From positions 85,436,001-85,500,000 of the forward strand of contig OZ024743.1 in the NCBI GenBank assembly GCA_964016885.1: a stretch of 64,000 bases of DNA. Reading direction: 5' to 3'. Made by a program: the position numbers and the translations under genes. Below, one piece after another: positions 39,921-51,849 of the stretch. Position 1 is the stretch's first letter. Each line of letters opens with the position of its first letter. A model generated the notes under the pieces. That model was given only the letters and a program-made list of their open reading frames with translations. It ran no database searches and was not told where the DNA came from. This stretch comes from Eledone cirrhosa. Its lineage: Eukaryota.

Positions 39921-40017
39921 TTTCGTTTTACACCTGCGGAGCTAACACATCATCAGCCGTACTTTCGTTTTGCACCTACCGAGCTAACACATTACCAACC
40001 ATATTTTCGTATTTCAC
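39921..40017. repeat. 42-bp tandem repeat, ~2.3 copies, upstream of the HECTD3 exon
   Basis: TTTCGTTTT(A/G)CACCT..GAGCTAACACAT at 39921 and 39963, with a partial third copy at 40005. Confidence 0.8.
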
Positions 40018-40275
40018 TTACTCCGAACTTTGATTTATATTTGTTTTATTTTAAGGGGATTTTACCCCTTTCTGAACAGCTTTTGTTAATTCGGCTATGT
40101 TGTAAATACTATTAATTCTCATTAATAATCATTAACTATTTACAACACATCGAAATTTATCGCTCCACCTGCTCAACTCTCCTCTTAATGCAAGGACACT
40201 GGGCTTTCAAGTATTTCTGGTTCCTTTTAACTTCAATCTTCCACACCACTTCAGTAAAAAGAAAAAGAAAGAAAA

Positions 40276-40757
40276 AATAATGGTTTCTGATTTAGGCACA
40301 AGGGCAGCAACTTTGGTGGAAGGAAAATCGATTAAATCGACTCCAGTGCGTTGCTGGTACTTTATTGTATCGACCCTGTAAGGTTGAAAGGCAAATAATA
40401 ATTGTTTCTACGTTTGGCACAAGGCCAGCAATAACCCAGTGCATTACTGGTACTTTATTTTATCGACCCCGTAAGGATGAAAGGCAAAGTTAACCTCGGC
40501 GGGATTTGAACTCAGAATGGCAAGGGCCGTAACTCTATACGTCAAAGCATGGCGTCCGACCCTCTACCGATACTGCCAATCCACCGCAAATAATAATAAT
40601 AATAATAATTGTTTCTACTTTAGGCACAAGGCCAGCAAATACACAGTGCATTACTGGTACTTTATTTTATCGACCCCATAAGGATGAAAGGCAAAGTCAA
40701 CCTCGGCGGGATTTGAACTCAGATCGTAAAGAGACGTAAATAATAATAATAATAACT
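40276..40757 (-). mobile_element. Three tandem tRNA-derived SINEs (Deu/Nin-type central domain); full-length copy at 40395-40587
   Basis: Minus strand has A-box TGGCAGTATCGG (40567-40578), B-box GAGTTCAAATCC (40502-40513), core GCCTTTCATCCTTACGGGGTCGATAAAATAAAGTACCAG and an (ATT)n tail. Confidence 0.9.
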
Positions 40758-40807
40758 GATGAGACACTAAGCCCTGCGGGGCCTTGTCTATCTTATGAAT
40801 AACACGA

Positions 40808-40940
40808 CAGACCTGTCAATTCTCCCCGTCGGACGGGGAGATTTCCCACCCACTTTGAGTTGGATGAGAGATGTCTTCGCTTGTAAAAATGGGTATAGTT
40901 TTCATCATGTAAAATCTCTTTTTAGAGGTTGGTAGGTCTG
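40808..40940. mobile_element. 133-bp MITE with imperfect TIRs and a 6-bp TSD
   Basis: Left end CAGACCTGTCAA; right end TTGGTAGGTCTG (10/12 inverted match). Direct repeat ACACGA at 40802-40807 and 40941-40946. Confidence 0.75.
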
Positions 40941-41185
40941 ACACGACTCTACATAGGGTTAAGAGCTCCTGAGAAATTTTACTGAACTTCCGGAATATGT
41001 GTGGCATTAGAGGATCCTGTCTATAATGGTGCAACAACAACCATAATAACAATTCCCTTTATTTTCCACAAAGGTGACGAATGAGAGAACGTAACGAAGA
41101 CAAGTTACATAAAGTGTGAGAAGGTTACATAAAAATAGAATGAGGTAAAAAGGGTGGGGGGTGAAGATGATAAACAGTTCTAGCA

Positions 41186-41463
41186 ATAATAATTGTTTCT
41201 ACTTTTGGCACAAGGCCATCAAGTACCCAGTACATTACTGGTACTTTATTTTATCGACTCCGTAAGGATGAAAGGCAAAGTTACCCTCGGCGGAATTTGA
41301 ACTCAGATCCTAAAGGGACGTAACTCTATGCTTTAAAACATGGTGTCCGACTCTCTACCGATACTGCCAATCCACCGTCCTGCCCTTCTAGCAATAATAA
41401 TGGTTCTTAATTTAAGCACAAGACCAGTAATTTAGGGGAAGAAGAACATCGATTAAATCAACT
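41186..41463 (-). mobile_element. Full-length SINE inserted into the tail of an older SINE fragment
   Basis: Same family as 40395-40587. TSD TTCTAGCAATAATAAT at 41178-41193 and 41386-41401. Confidence 0.88.
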
Positions 41464-41497
41464 ACATTATTTTATGGCCTATGAATACAAAAGCAAA

Positions 41498-43960
41498 TTC
41501 TTCTTCTTCTTCTTCTTCTTCTTCTTCTTCTTCTTCTTCTTCTTCTTCTTCTTGTGGGGGCCGAGTCCTCAAATACTCCTTCCAGCATGTCCTGTCAAAA
41601 GCAACCATCTCCAACTGATCCAGCTGGATCTCCAAGCAAGAGGAGCCAAGCTCATGGATGTTATCCAACCATCTTACTCGGAGTCTGCTACAGGTCTCCA
41701 GGTGGTTAGTTTTGCCTGTAAAATCTGTCTAGCGATTCTTTTCTGATACATTCTAACCATATGCCCATAGTATCGGGGATGTTATCTCTCAATTCGGAGA
41801 AGTAGCGGCTCAACTTGGGGCGACTTTCTGATCTCTGAACTATGCACTCAATCGAGTAACGTTCGGAGGAACCCCATTTCAGTCGCTTGTATTCGTGATC
41901 GTATTCTTTCGCTCATTACCCAATATTCATGACCATAGGTAAGGATTGGCACAAATACCGAATTGAAGATAGCGAGTTTGGCTTTTACACCTACCTACCT
42001 TCCTCTGACGACTGGATGCTGAATCTGAGGAGTGCCTCAGTCTTCACAGTACTGGTTTTCATTCCAGCCGTGCAGCACTCAGCATCAAACCTATCAAGTG
42101 CTTGTCGGATATCACCTTCTAACGAGTTCAGTAATACCATCATCTGCAAATTCCAGTCGTCTGATCCTACAACTGCGTGTCGTAATATCACATCCAACAT
42201 GGCTGCATATACCAATCCTGTTCATGAAGATTATGAACAGGCAAGGTGCCATTATGCACCGTTGGCGGAGTCCGACTCTCGCATTGAATGATTTCGATTT
42301 GGCACCATGTATTCTCTCGTCTCCCTTTTTGAAAATTAGGATTATCACTCCTGATTGTCATTGCTTACGTGCCTTTCCAGATATCCAGGACACAAGCCAC
42401 ACTCGAGTCAGCCAGAGAATACCTTCCCTATTTAAAGCTTTTAACATCTCGGACTGAATGTCATGCTCCCCAGTGGCCTTGCCACATTTGAGCTCTATAA
42501 TTGCTATTGTAGTTTCAGCCTCCGAGAGATTAGTTATTGCTCCCAGATGCACTTCGCATACATCAGAAGATGCCGTTGTGACCGGGTTTAGGAGATCAGC
42601 AAAGTATTCTCTCCATTTCGCGAGGATGCACCTTTCTGAAGAGAGAACCTCTGGCGCATTCCTGATAGAGATGTGAAGGAGGGCCGTTTATTACGAAATT
42701 AATGGATGGTCTACCAGAACACTTTATTTACTGATCTGAAGTCGGATTCCAGCTTAACCCCAAATCATCACATCTCTTAACTTTGGACACCTTTACTGTC
42801 TCTGCTGCGAATATTTCGCGCCTACTTGCACCGCAAGTCCAAGAAGGTGGACATATTTCCAAGCCGAGGTTTGTAGGCCTACTTCTTTGCTCGGATGGCA
42901 TTTTTTACCTCTTAATTAAACCAAGGGGTCCTCCTGCCACCCGGCGCCCCACAAAACCACTTTTGCCCTTAGCATTTAACAGCTGAAGCAGAAACTACTG
43001 AGCTGAACAATTTCTACTCTGTTTCAACATCTTCAGTTTCTCGGAGTTCTCTGAATTTGGATGTAATAATATCTGCATTATCTGCATACTTGGTCCTGAC
43101 TTCCTTATCCTCCAATGCTTCCTACTTCATCATGTAGGTCGACCTGAACCTGCCTGTTTGATGGGCTTCCTTGGCTTTAGGTAGTCTCAAGTTGCAGATA
43201 ACTAGATGGTGATCAGTTGACAGCTCAGCCCCTCTCTTAACATGAACATCCAGCAGAGATTCGAAGAGACCAGAGACAATAACGAAATCAATTAATCTCT
43301 GTCCTTGATTCTCCTTATACCATGTATATTTATGGAAGACAGTGTTTATAATAGAGAAATCTAATAAGGCCTCTCCATTCGTATTTAGATCGGGATCGCC
43401 GTTCCTTTCAATCATTCCTTTTCTTGTCAGGTCGCCAATGTCAACATGTACATTGAAGTCTCCCATCAGGATATATGACTCAATCTTAACGACATCTAAC
43501 GCTGCAGTGACTTCATCAAGGAAGGATCTATATTCAGAGACCTATCTTTCAGCCTAAACTTCAAGAGGCAATGGGATCCAGTCCCAATGGAATCCAGTCC
43601 ATAACACATTCTGACAGCCGGGACCTTGTGAGCATCCCCACTCCCGCCTATGCAGTTATTTCTGGCGTCACACTTGAATAGTAGAGTTTCCATCCTCCAT
43701 CCAAATCTACAGTACCAGAGCCATGGAACTTTGTTGAGGAAATTCGACTATATCTAGCCGGTAACATCTGGCTTCCTCCACTGGCTACTGTCCCTTACCT
43801 GTAATGCTGGTGATGTTCCAGGTTCTAATGTTTACAGTTTGTTCCCTTCCGAACAGTCTTTGGAGTCTCGGAATACACAATCTTTGTGCGTCCATCCCAC
43901 GCCTCCCAGGACATGTCACAGGCCCATTGCCAGTTTTGGCAGCATGAGAGGTAGACTGCA
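41498..43960 (-). mobile_element. Degenerate RTE-clade LINE (Rex3/Expander-like) with APE endonuclease, RT and a (GAA)n tail
   Basis: Endonuclease motifs TWNIT, GDFNVHV, HKYTWY, LIDFVIV, STDHHLV; RT motifs GKATGEHDIQSEMLK, IFKKGD, GLRQRCIMAPCLF, LEFADD. (TTC)n at 41498-41553. Many frameshifts, stops and internal deletions. Confidence 0.92.
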
Positions 43961-43989
43961 GTATATATTTCGAACAGGCCCCTCGACCT

Positions 43990-44335
43990 AATAATAATTG
44001 TTTCTACTTTTGGCACAAGGCCAGCAATTATCCCAGTGTGTTACTGGTACTTTTTTTTATCGACCCCGTAAGGATGAAAGGCAAAGTTAACCTCGGCGGG
44101 ATTTGAACTCAGAATGGCAAGGGCCGTAACTCTATGTTAGAAAGCATGGCGTCCGACCTAATAATAATTGTTTCTACTTTTGGCACAAGGCCATCAATTA
44201 CCGAATACATTACTGGTACTTTATTTTATCGACCCCGTAAGGATGAAAGGCAAAGTTAACCTCGGCGGGATTTGAAATCAGACCGTAAAGGGACGTAACT
44301 ATGCTGGAAAGCATGGCGTCCGACCCTCTACCACT
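43990..44335 (-). mobile_element. Two tandem 5'-truncated SINEs (Deu/Nin-type family)
   Basis: Same core and B-box. Direct repeat CGACCTAATAATAAT at ~43984 and ~44154. Confidence 0.88.
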
Positions 44336-44344
44336 AATAATAAT

Positions 44345-45355
44345 GATGATGAATTTTATCGGCCACAAGGACACGACATTAGAGGGCAATACAAGGGCAA
44401 CAACAGCACAGTGAGGTTTACAAGAATAAAGGAAAGAGGATACCACCAAAGTGGGGAAACAATAAGTATAACAGACCAGATACAAACAGTAACAAAAGTC
44501 AACTAGGACCAGTTCCCTAATAGGGGGTTGGACAGGGCTTTAAAATAATTCCAGGGAAAACCCTACACAAAACCAGATTACGCTGTCGCCTCATGAAGAT
44601 TGAAAGAGCCCTCTCTTGGTTTATTTCGTCGTGCTTAGAAAAAGCATAGTCAGAATAGGGCCATACAGTCCCTCCCCCTCTTCCTCTCTCTCTCACTCTC
44701 TCTCTCTCTCTCTCTCTCACCGCCCTTTCGTATATTTCATAAAACACACTAGAAGGCAGCATCTCCTTCTCTACTCTCACCTTGTACCTCAGATGGTACT
44801 AAAAGAAATTGATGAGGGCTTGGCTGGAGAGGAAGATTCCTGTACTTAAACCCTCCAGACGTGTCCACACTACAGATTCTTTCGACATCGTTACCATGCA
44901 TAGGAAGACTTGCCGTGTCTCCTTTCTAAAAGAAAGCAGCGATTCAATTTTCACTATACGTCTCGTTCGTAGCCGGATTTGTCCTCCATATGATAACAGT
45001 CGTTCAACACAAGCCTACAACTCTGCACTGGGCGATAGCATACAGAACGGTTTCGTTGTCTTGCGTGCATCTCGGATAGATCCGGTTGTTGGCACTTCCG
45101 TACCTGTAGAGAACTTGATCTGAACAGGTAATACCGTTCTGTACTACTACCATGCCAAGGATTTTGGGAAATTGTCCATGATCCCCGACCGAAAAGTCCT
45201 CCAGAAGAGTCTGTTTAGACTATCTCGGTCAATGCCCAGAGCCACTCCCAGACCATCATCACTCATATCACCTTCCACTAACCATCTATAGAATGAAAGA
45301 ATTTTTTGGCCACCTTCCACTTTGTTCAACTGGTAAAGTGTCATGAGTGCCTGGT
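44345..45355 (-). mobile_element. 3' fragment of a Tx1/L1-clade LINE (zf-RVT region plus 3' UTR), degenerate
   Basis: Frameshifted minus-strand translation SLAW..RTVLPV / LYRYGSANNRIYPRCTQDNETVLYAIAQC is a decayed CxxC..ETxxH...C zinc knuckle, followed by VWTRLEGL..QALINFF. Ends in GATAAAA plus a simple-repeat tail. Confidence 0.7.
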
Positions 45356-45365
45356 ACTCTATATA

Positions 45366-45657
45366 TAATTATTTCTAATTTAGGCACAAAGTCAACAATT
45401 TTGGGGGAGGGGAAAATTGATTAAATCGACTCCAGTGTGTTACTGGTACTTTATTTTATCAATCCCATAAGAATGAAAGGTAAAGCTAACCTCGGCGGGA
45501 TATATATAATAAGTATTTCTAACATTATCGTAGGGCCAGCAATTTAGAGGAGGGGGGAATCGATTATATCGACTCCAATACTTTACTGGTACTTTATACT
45601 ATCAACCCAGGAAGGATAAAAAACAAGGTTGACTTCGGTGGGATTTGAACTCAGAAC
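45366..45657 (-). mobile_element. Two older, diverged SINE copies in tandem
   Basis: TTTAGGCACAA..ATCGACTCCAGT..CTGGTACTTTA..GGATTTGAACTCAG motifs. Confidence 0.8.
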
Positions 45658-45739
45658 CAATAAATCAAAGTAATTTGAACTATTAATTCGGAACTCCAAT
45701 ATTTTATTTATTTATGGAATATATCATAAATACAGTTTA

Positions 45740-46072
45740 ATAGAAAAAGAAAAAAAGAAAACATGGAATGTAGAATAGGAAAATATAAAGAAAAAAGAAA
45801 AAACGGAAAAGGAAGGGAATGGCAAGGACTCTAGTGTCGCAGAAGAAGGGGGGGAGGAAGGTGGATTGGGCTCTGGGCATAGGACGTGGCGAAATGGGGC
45901 TGCGCGCCGTGGACTAGGCCGCAAAAGCATTCCTGCGGACAATAGCCAGCGACACCTGCTGCAACAGACAGCCTACTTCGCATGGCTTCTTCCTTATACG
46001 CACCGCCGACGTTCCGATCTTGCGGAGGAGCTCGACAGTACGGGGTCCAAGTATGCCTGAGGTCTCGACGGC
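45740..46072 (-). mobile_element. 3' fragment of a CRE-like non-LTR retrotransposon (end of restriction-like endonuclease domain plus 3' UTR)
   Basis: 46072-45914 translates AVETSGILGPRTVELLRKIGTSAVRIRKKPCEVGCLLQQVSLAIVRRNAFAA*, matching the CRE C-terminal pattern VETxG..G....QRxSxAxxRGNA. Confidence 0.72.
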
Positions 46073-46179
46073 ATATCTTCAAACTATCTTATTTGTACAG
46101 TGGATAATAAATAAACTGTGTCTGTGAAATATGTACATAGACACCAGGTCCAACACAAAGGAACCAAACTCCCACTGTC

Positions 46180-46352
46180 ACTGCTTCCGTCTCACCCGCT
46201 CTCTCCATCTCTCACTATTATGAGCAAATGGCGGCCTACGCGCTGGCCACCCCGGCGGCCAGAATAGAGAAAGCATTTTTCCGGAGGATGGTGAGGGAGA
46301 CGCGCTGGAAGAAGCCATTCCAGCTGGTGGAACTCACAACTGCGGGTAGCCA
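46180..46352 (-). mobile_element. Second, different CRE-like 3' fragment
   Basis: With frameshifts it reads ELATRSCEFHQLEWL / QRVSLTILR / NAFSILAAGVASA*; stop at 46236-46238. Confidence 0.6.
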
Positions 46353-46530
46353 ACTCTGTGCAATTTGAGGAAGAGGAGAATCGATTAGGAATGATAAAAG
46401 GCAAATTTGACCTCAATGGGGGTTTGAACTCAGAACATAAAGAAGCCTAACAGCTACATCAAAATAACTGGAACTTCAATTCTATATCTTCAAACTTCAT
46501 CTTATTTTAATGCCTGCATTTTCATATAAA

Positions 46531-46533
<3 letters not shown>

Positions 46534-46623
<90 letters not shown>

Positions 46624-46920
46624 TTCTCTCTATCCCTTTCTCTCTATCTATCTATCACACTTTTAAATTATAAGGTAAAATTGTGAGTATGCGTGCACTC
46701 ATATATGAGGATGCGTGTGTATATGGCACGAGTGTGTGTGTATGTGTGCGTGTGTGTGTGTGCGCGCGTGTGTATGTGAGTTTGTATGTATGCGTGTGTG
46801 TATTGTATGAGTGGGTGTGTGTGCCTGTGTAATATCTATGGATGTATGTGTGGGCGTTTGTGTATAAGTGAGTGTCTTTGTATTTGAGTGTGTATGTATA
46901 TGTGTGTGTGTGTGTGTGCT
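46534..46920. repeat. (CT)n and degenerate (GT)n microsatellites
   Basis: Seen directly. Confidence 0.95.
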
Positions 46921-47613
46921 ACCTTCAACCTGATACAGTGGAAGTGACGCCCCATCTTACAAACTTGTTTCAACATGTCAACTAGGTCAAATTCCGCCAA
47001 ACCACAGTAGAATGGCCCAGATAAACGAAGGACAGTAGTAATGGTGGTGGTAGTCGTGGCGGCGACGTTGATGCTGGTGACGACAGTGGTGGTAGTGGTG
47101 GCGACGGTGGTAGTTGTGTAGTGGTGATGATAGTAGCAATAGTGATGCTGATGTGGCGGGAGAGACGTAACAGAGTGGTACTATTTCTGGGTATTGCAGG
47201 TGTTGTTACTATTCTATTAGGAGAAAAGTAGATGATCACATACATCCGGGGACAGTGTCCCCCTTCTCTTTTTCTCTCTCACACACACACATACATACAC
47301 TCATATATCCAGTGTACACTATACCGTCATATACAAAATGAGACGCCCACTTCTCTGATAGTCAAACCCTTCTCACTCAGCAACAGTTCACAACATCTGA
47401 TGCACAATTCCATTGCATCCTCCCTCGATTTTTTCCACTGCTACTACTATAGTCTCTGCTCCGTTCAACTAGCTGAAGTCACTTGCTAGCTTCATCTTCT
47501 AACTTCCTTTAGATCAATGTGTAAATGTGTGACGTCCAAACGGGTGTCCTCCACCTCCAACTAACTTACTCTTGGTCCCAGCCGACAGAATGGAGAATAC
47601 ATTGCCCCAGAGG

Positions 47614-47782
47614 CAGTACCGGATTTACCATTGTGTTTAGCTGTGCCTAAACACAGGGCCCCGTTGGCCAGGGGGGTGGCCCATCTTCCTGCCAAAAAAG
47701 TTTTTTATGATGAATTTTTCAAATGTTTGGAGCCTCATAACTTAACTAGCACAGGGCCTCATTTGTCCTAAATCTAGCACTG
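47614..47782. mobile_element. 169-bp hAT-type MITE
   Basis: TIRs CAGTACCGGATTTA / TAAATCTAGCACTG; 8-bp TSD CCCAGAGG / CCCGGAGG. Confidence 0.8.
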
Positions 47783-48215
47783 CCCGGAGGACAGCAAAGG
47801 AGACACAATGGAATAGCCACACCACCTCTCAAGGCTCACACCTGTAGGCAGCCAACTCGACTCCAAGAGGAGTGAACAGGGATGTGGTCCAGGGGCCGAG
47901 AAATCCGGAATGCTCCACTACTACAGCCTTTAATAATTTGTTGCATTTTTTAGTTTATATACATTTGTAGGTGGGAAACATAACATTGCTTATCTTGCCG
48001 GTTCTCATCGAAACATCAGTGTAGTCTAGCTGTGTAATCTATGAACCATATTTGTCACAAAAACCCTAGCCAGGAATTTTAAGTTGTGCTCAAGCTCATA
48101 GACACATATCTGTTAACTACAAATCCTTATAAGGAAAGAGGCCGTCATTTTGCCCTTCTGCTCATGTGGTATCACTTCTCTTACTCCTGGCATGCTAATA
48201 ATATCCCCTCAGAGA

Positions 48216-48519
48216 CAGGGTTGGATTTAGACTTTGGAGGGCCCGGGGCACTTCAGGTTTGGGGGACCCTTCATACACAAAAAATTAAAATACACAGCAA
48301 ACCGCCCAATTTTACATATTAAAGTTAGCTTGATGCAAATAATTAGAATTGAAAAGTTATACATACAGGTATTAAAGTCAAAAATTCTAACCATCCAAAA
48401 ACTAAAAAGCCCAGCTGAGGGCACAAATAAATTGCTATAGCCGTTGCTGGTGTGTGTGTCCCCACTGCAGGGGACTCGGGGCAATTGCCTCCTCTGCCAC
48501 TCCATTAAATCTGGCCCTT
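48216..48519. mobile_element. 304-bp hAT-type MITE
   Basis: TIRs CAGGGTTGGATTTA / TAAATCTGGCCCTT; 8-bp TSD CTCAGAGA / CTCAAAGA. Confidence 0.78.
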
Positions 48520-48869
48520 CTCAAAGACCCTATCATTTTGCCCTTCTACTCGTGTGATATCTGGCATACCCCTCATAACCCCACAGAGTCCCTGTCGTTT
48601 TACACTAAAAGAAGTCAGAAAAAGAGAGAAGATGGAAGCAGAGAAGAAGGAAGATAGATCACCTTGAATTTCTCCAGTGAGTCTTCAGTTGGTCTTCACA
48701 GAATCAGATGTAATCAAATCATGGGCTGCTGACCCAGCTAAGCACGGGGAGCAGGGATGGGATGTGCCCCTCAGATCAACACAATTTCTTAACATTGTCT
48801 CTGACTGAATTGCATTAGGTCACATTTAAACACCACACTTGGCCTTTTCTACTGTTATTACTTTAAAAA

Positions 48870-49875
48870 GAGACAGAAAAACAGAAATAGGAGCCAATGG
48901 ATGACAAAAATAGGGAGCAATAGAAGACAGAAGACAGAAATAGGAGACAATAGAAGACAGAAGACAATAGGAGACAGAAGACATAGGAGACAATAGAAAC
49001 AGAACAGAGAAATAGGAGATAATAGAAGACAGAAGAAAGAAATAGAAGACAGAAGACAGAAATAGGAGACAATAGAAGACAGGAATAGGAGACAATAGAA
49101 GACAGAAGATAGGAATAGGAGACAATAGAAGACAGAAGATAGGAATAGGAGACAATAGAAGAGAGAAGATAGGAATAGGAGACAATAGAAGAGAGAAGAC
49201 AGAAATTGGAAACAATAGAAGACAGGAATAGGAGACAATAGTAGACAGAAGATTGAAATAGGAGACAATAGAAGACAGAAGACAGGAATAGGAGACAATA
49301 GTAGACAGAAGACAGGAATAGGAGACAATAGAAGACAGAAGACAGGAATAGGAGACAATAGTAGACAGAAGACAGGAATAGGAGACAATAGAAAACAGCA
49401 GACAGGAATAGGAGACAATAGAAGACAGAAGACAGAAATAGGAAATAATTGTTTCTACTTTAGGCACAAGGCCAGCAATTATCCAGTACATTACTGGTAC
49501 TTTATTTTATCGACCCCGTAAGGATGAAAGGCAAAGTTAACCTCGGTGGGATTTGAACTCAGACTGTAAAGGGACGTAACTATGCTAGAAAGCATGGCGT
49601 CCAACCCTCTACGGATACTGCCAATTCACCCCCAGAAATAGGAAATAATAGAAGACAGAAGACTGGAATAGGAGACAATAAAAGACAGAAGACAGGAATA
49701 GGAGACAATAGTAGACAGGAGACAATAGAAGACAGGAGACAGAAATAGGAGACAATAGAAAACAGAAGACAATAGGAGACAATAGAAGACAGAAGACAGA
49801 AATGGGATATAGAAATAGGAGCCAATAGGTGACAGAAATAGAAGAGTGAAATATGAGACAATAGGAAACAGAAGC
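48870..49875. repeat. Purine-rich 30-bp minisatellite interrupted by a SINE
   Basis: Unit AGGAATAGGAGACAATAGAAGACAGAAGA(C/T) at line 49081. Because 30 is a multiple of 3, it yields spurious repeat ORFs. Confidence 0.93.
49450..49632 (-). mobile_element. Full-length SINE with TSD
   Basis: A- and B-boxes and core present. TSD CAGAAATAGGAAATAAT at 49433-49449 and 49633-49649. Confidence 0.9.
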
Positions 49876-49991
49876 CAGAAGAATGTGATAAGCTCCCATC
49901 ACTACCAGATGTTTTGTATAAATAGAAATACTTTTAGTCTTTTGGATAATATTTCAGCTTTGAAACTTTTGACCCAAACAATCTGTGACTT

Positions 49992-50130
49992 TCATCACCA
50001 TCACCACCACCATCACTACAGTCATCACCACAATTGCTACCATGCCACTATCACCACCTCCATCATAATCATCACCACTATCATCATCATCATCACAACC
50101 ATCATGAGCACCACCACCAACTCCACCACT
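49992..50130. repeat. (CAT/CAC)n microsatellite
   Basis: Seen directly. Confidence 0.9.
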
Positions 50131-50224
50131 GCTATAAGGTGACAAAGAAAGTTAATATTAAATGAGAGATATCTAAATATATCATATCTAAATATTATAT
50201 ATATCTGCTGCCATAACCAGCTCA

Positions 50225-50950
50225 ATGATCATTTTACATCCATTTTCCATGTTTCAATGCATTTGGATGAGTTTTCTCTGGTATAGCATCATCACCATCT
50301 CCTTCATAAGGTTCAGCATCCCATCCTCAAACCAGTTTCCACTACCTCATCCCATATCTTCCTTGGTCTTCCTCTTCTGTAAATTCCACCCACTTCCATA
50401 TGTTTCTTACACATCACATATCCATACCAGCATAGTGTTCTCTTATATACTACATCTGATTCCTTTCCTCAAATATCCAGTTTCTCTCTCTTCTATTTGT
50501 GCTTCATTGTTCATATACACTAACATTGCAGTGGAGTATGGTCTCTTATTTCCTTCATAAATCTTCAATATTCAAATCCCATATCTTGCTGTCTTGCAGC
50601 ATTTCGGACGCCATGCTTTGACGCATAGAGTTACGGCCCTTGCCATTCTGAGTTCAAATCCCGCCGAGGTTAACTTTGCCTTTCATCCTTACGGGGTCGA
50701 TAAAATAAAGTACCAGTAATGTACTGGGTAATTTTCTGGCCTTGTGCCAATAGTAGAAACAATTATTCTTCCTATATAAACACCCAAAGCCTTCCCTTCA
50801 CTCAAAGAGACAATCCCTTTCTTGCCAGCTGAGGTAATAGTTCCCTAAACTTCATCCCCTCTCCCTCTTTACCTCCCCTCTCTCCGATCTATTCTTACTC
50901 TAGCAACACCCACCTCTACTGCTAATTAGGTCACCTCAATCACATCTTGA
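50225..50950 (-). mobile_element. Highly decayed RTE LINE 3' end with a plus-strand SINE inserted at ~50595-50767
   Basis: Minus strand AGAGGAAGACCAAGGAAGATATGGGATGAGGTAGTG (RGRPRKIWDEVV) and a CATGGAAAATGGATGTAAAATGAT tail. SINE core and B-box on + at 50640-50767. Confidence 0.7.
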
Positions 50951-51214
50951 GAGATTTTTAGAGTGTTTGAAATATTTTATTTCATATGTAGAAACAATGT
51001 ATTATGTCTGTTCACCACACCCTGCTTCACACTCAACAGTACACCATTGTATCACAATGTTCACCAGAGCCTTGGTTATATTTAATGTAACAATTATGAA
51101 ATTATTCATTCTGTCAGATTAAAGAAAAAATAATCTTTAAATATACTTCTGTGCATTTTCTCCTTCACTTTTTAACTATAACTTTTTTTTCATATGAAAC
51201 TTTATCCTCCTTTT

Positions 51215-51250
<36 letters not shown>

Positions 51251-51441
51251 TGGTATTCACCTATTTAAGGTGGGGCAGATAATATTCGTAGAACTCAATG
51301 CAGCGTTGTAGTGATACAAAGGTAATGCTTTCAGGGCTTAAGTGTTTGTGGTAGGCATTGGTTGCATAAGGTATTTTCGAAGAATGTAAACAGGCTGCAG
51401 AGTCATTATATATATACTATTAAGGTATTAATAATGGTAAA

Positions 51442-51647
51442 AATAATAATAATTGTTTCTACTTTAGGCACAAGGCCAGCAATTTGAAGGGGAAGGGAAA
51501 GTTGATTAAATTGACCCAGTACATTACTGGTGCTTTATTTTTTCGAACCCGTAAGGATGAAACATAAAGTTAACTTCGGCGGGATTTGAACTACATGCTG
51601 CAAAGCATGGCATCCGGCTCTCTACCGATACTGCCAATCCACCGCCC
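51442..51647 (-). mobile_element. SINE (Deu/Nin-type family), near full length
   Basis: A-box, B-box, core and (ATT)n tail. Confidence 0.85.
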
Positions 51648-51849
51648 TAAATGATGACAATGATAATAATAATAATTAAATCTATTGGCTGTTAACCCTA
51701 TGTAAGCCTTACTAGTAGTGGCTGTATCAACCTTACATTTATAAACTATATTGCTTCATAGGAATTTCCAGCTAAAAGGCAGTTGTCCTTATTAATACGA
51801 TTGCAGCTACCACTAAGTTCAGGATTGTTTATACTACTATGGTTAGTAC

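Noticed and set aside
40395-40587. tRNA gene
   Set aside because: The A/B boxes belong to a multi-copy SINE head with a core domain, tail and TSDs; no cloverleaf is evident.
40757-40800. Hammerhead ribozyme (CTGATGA followed by a stem)
   Set aside because: The required GAAA after stem II is absent.
40816-41052. 78-aa minus-strand ORF as an upstream HECTD3 exon
   Set aside because: It runs through a MITE, has a non-ATG start and shows no recognisable similarity.
48826-49902. 221-aa and 186-aa Leu/Ser/Cys repeat ORFs
   Set aside because: They are translations of a 30-bp minisatellite, open in several frames and starting inside a SINE.
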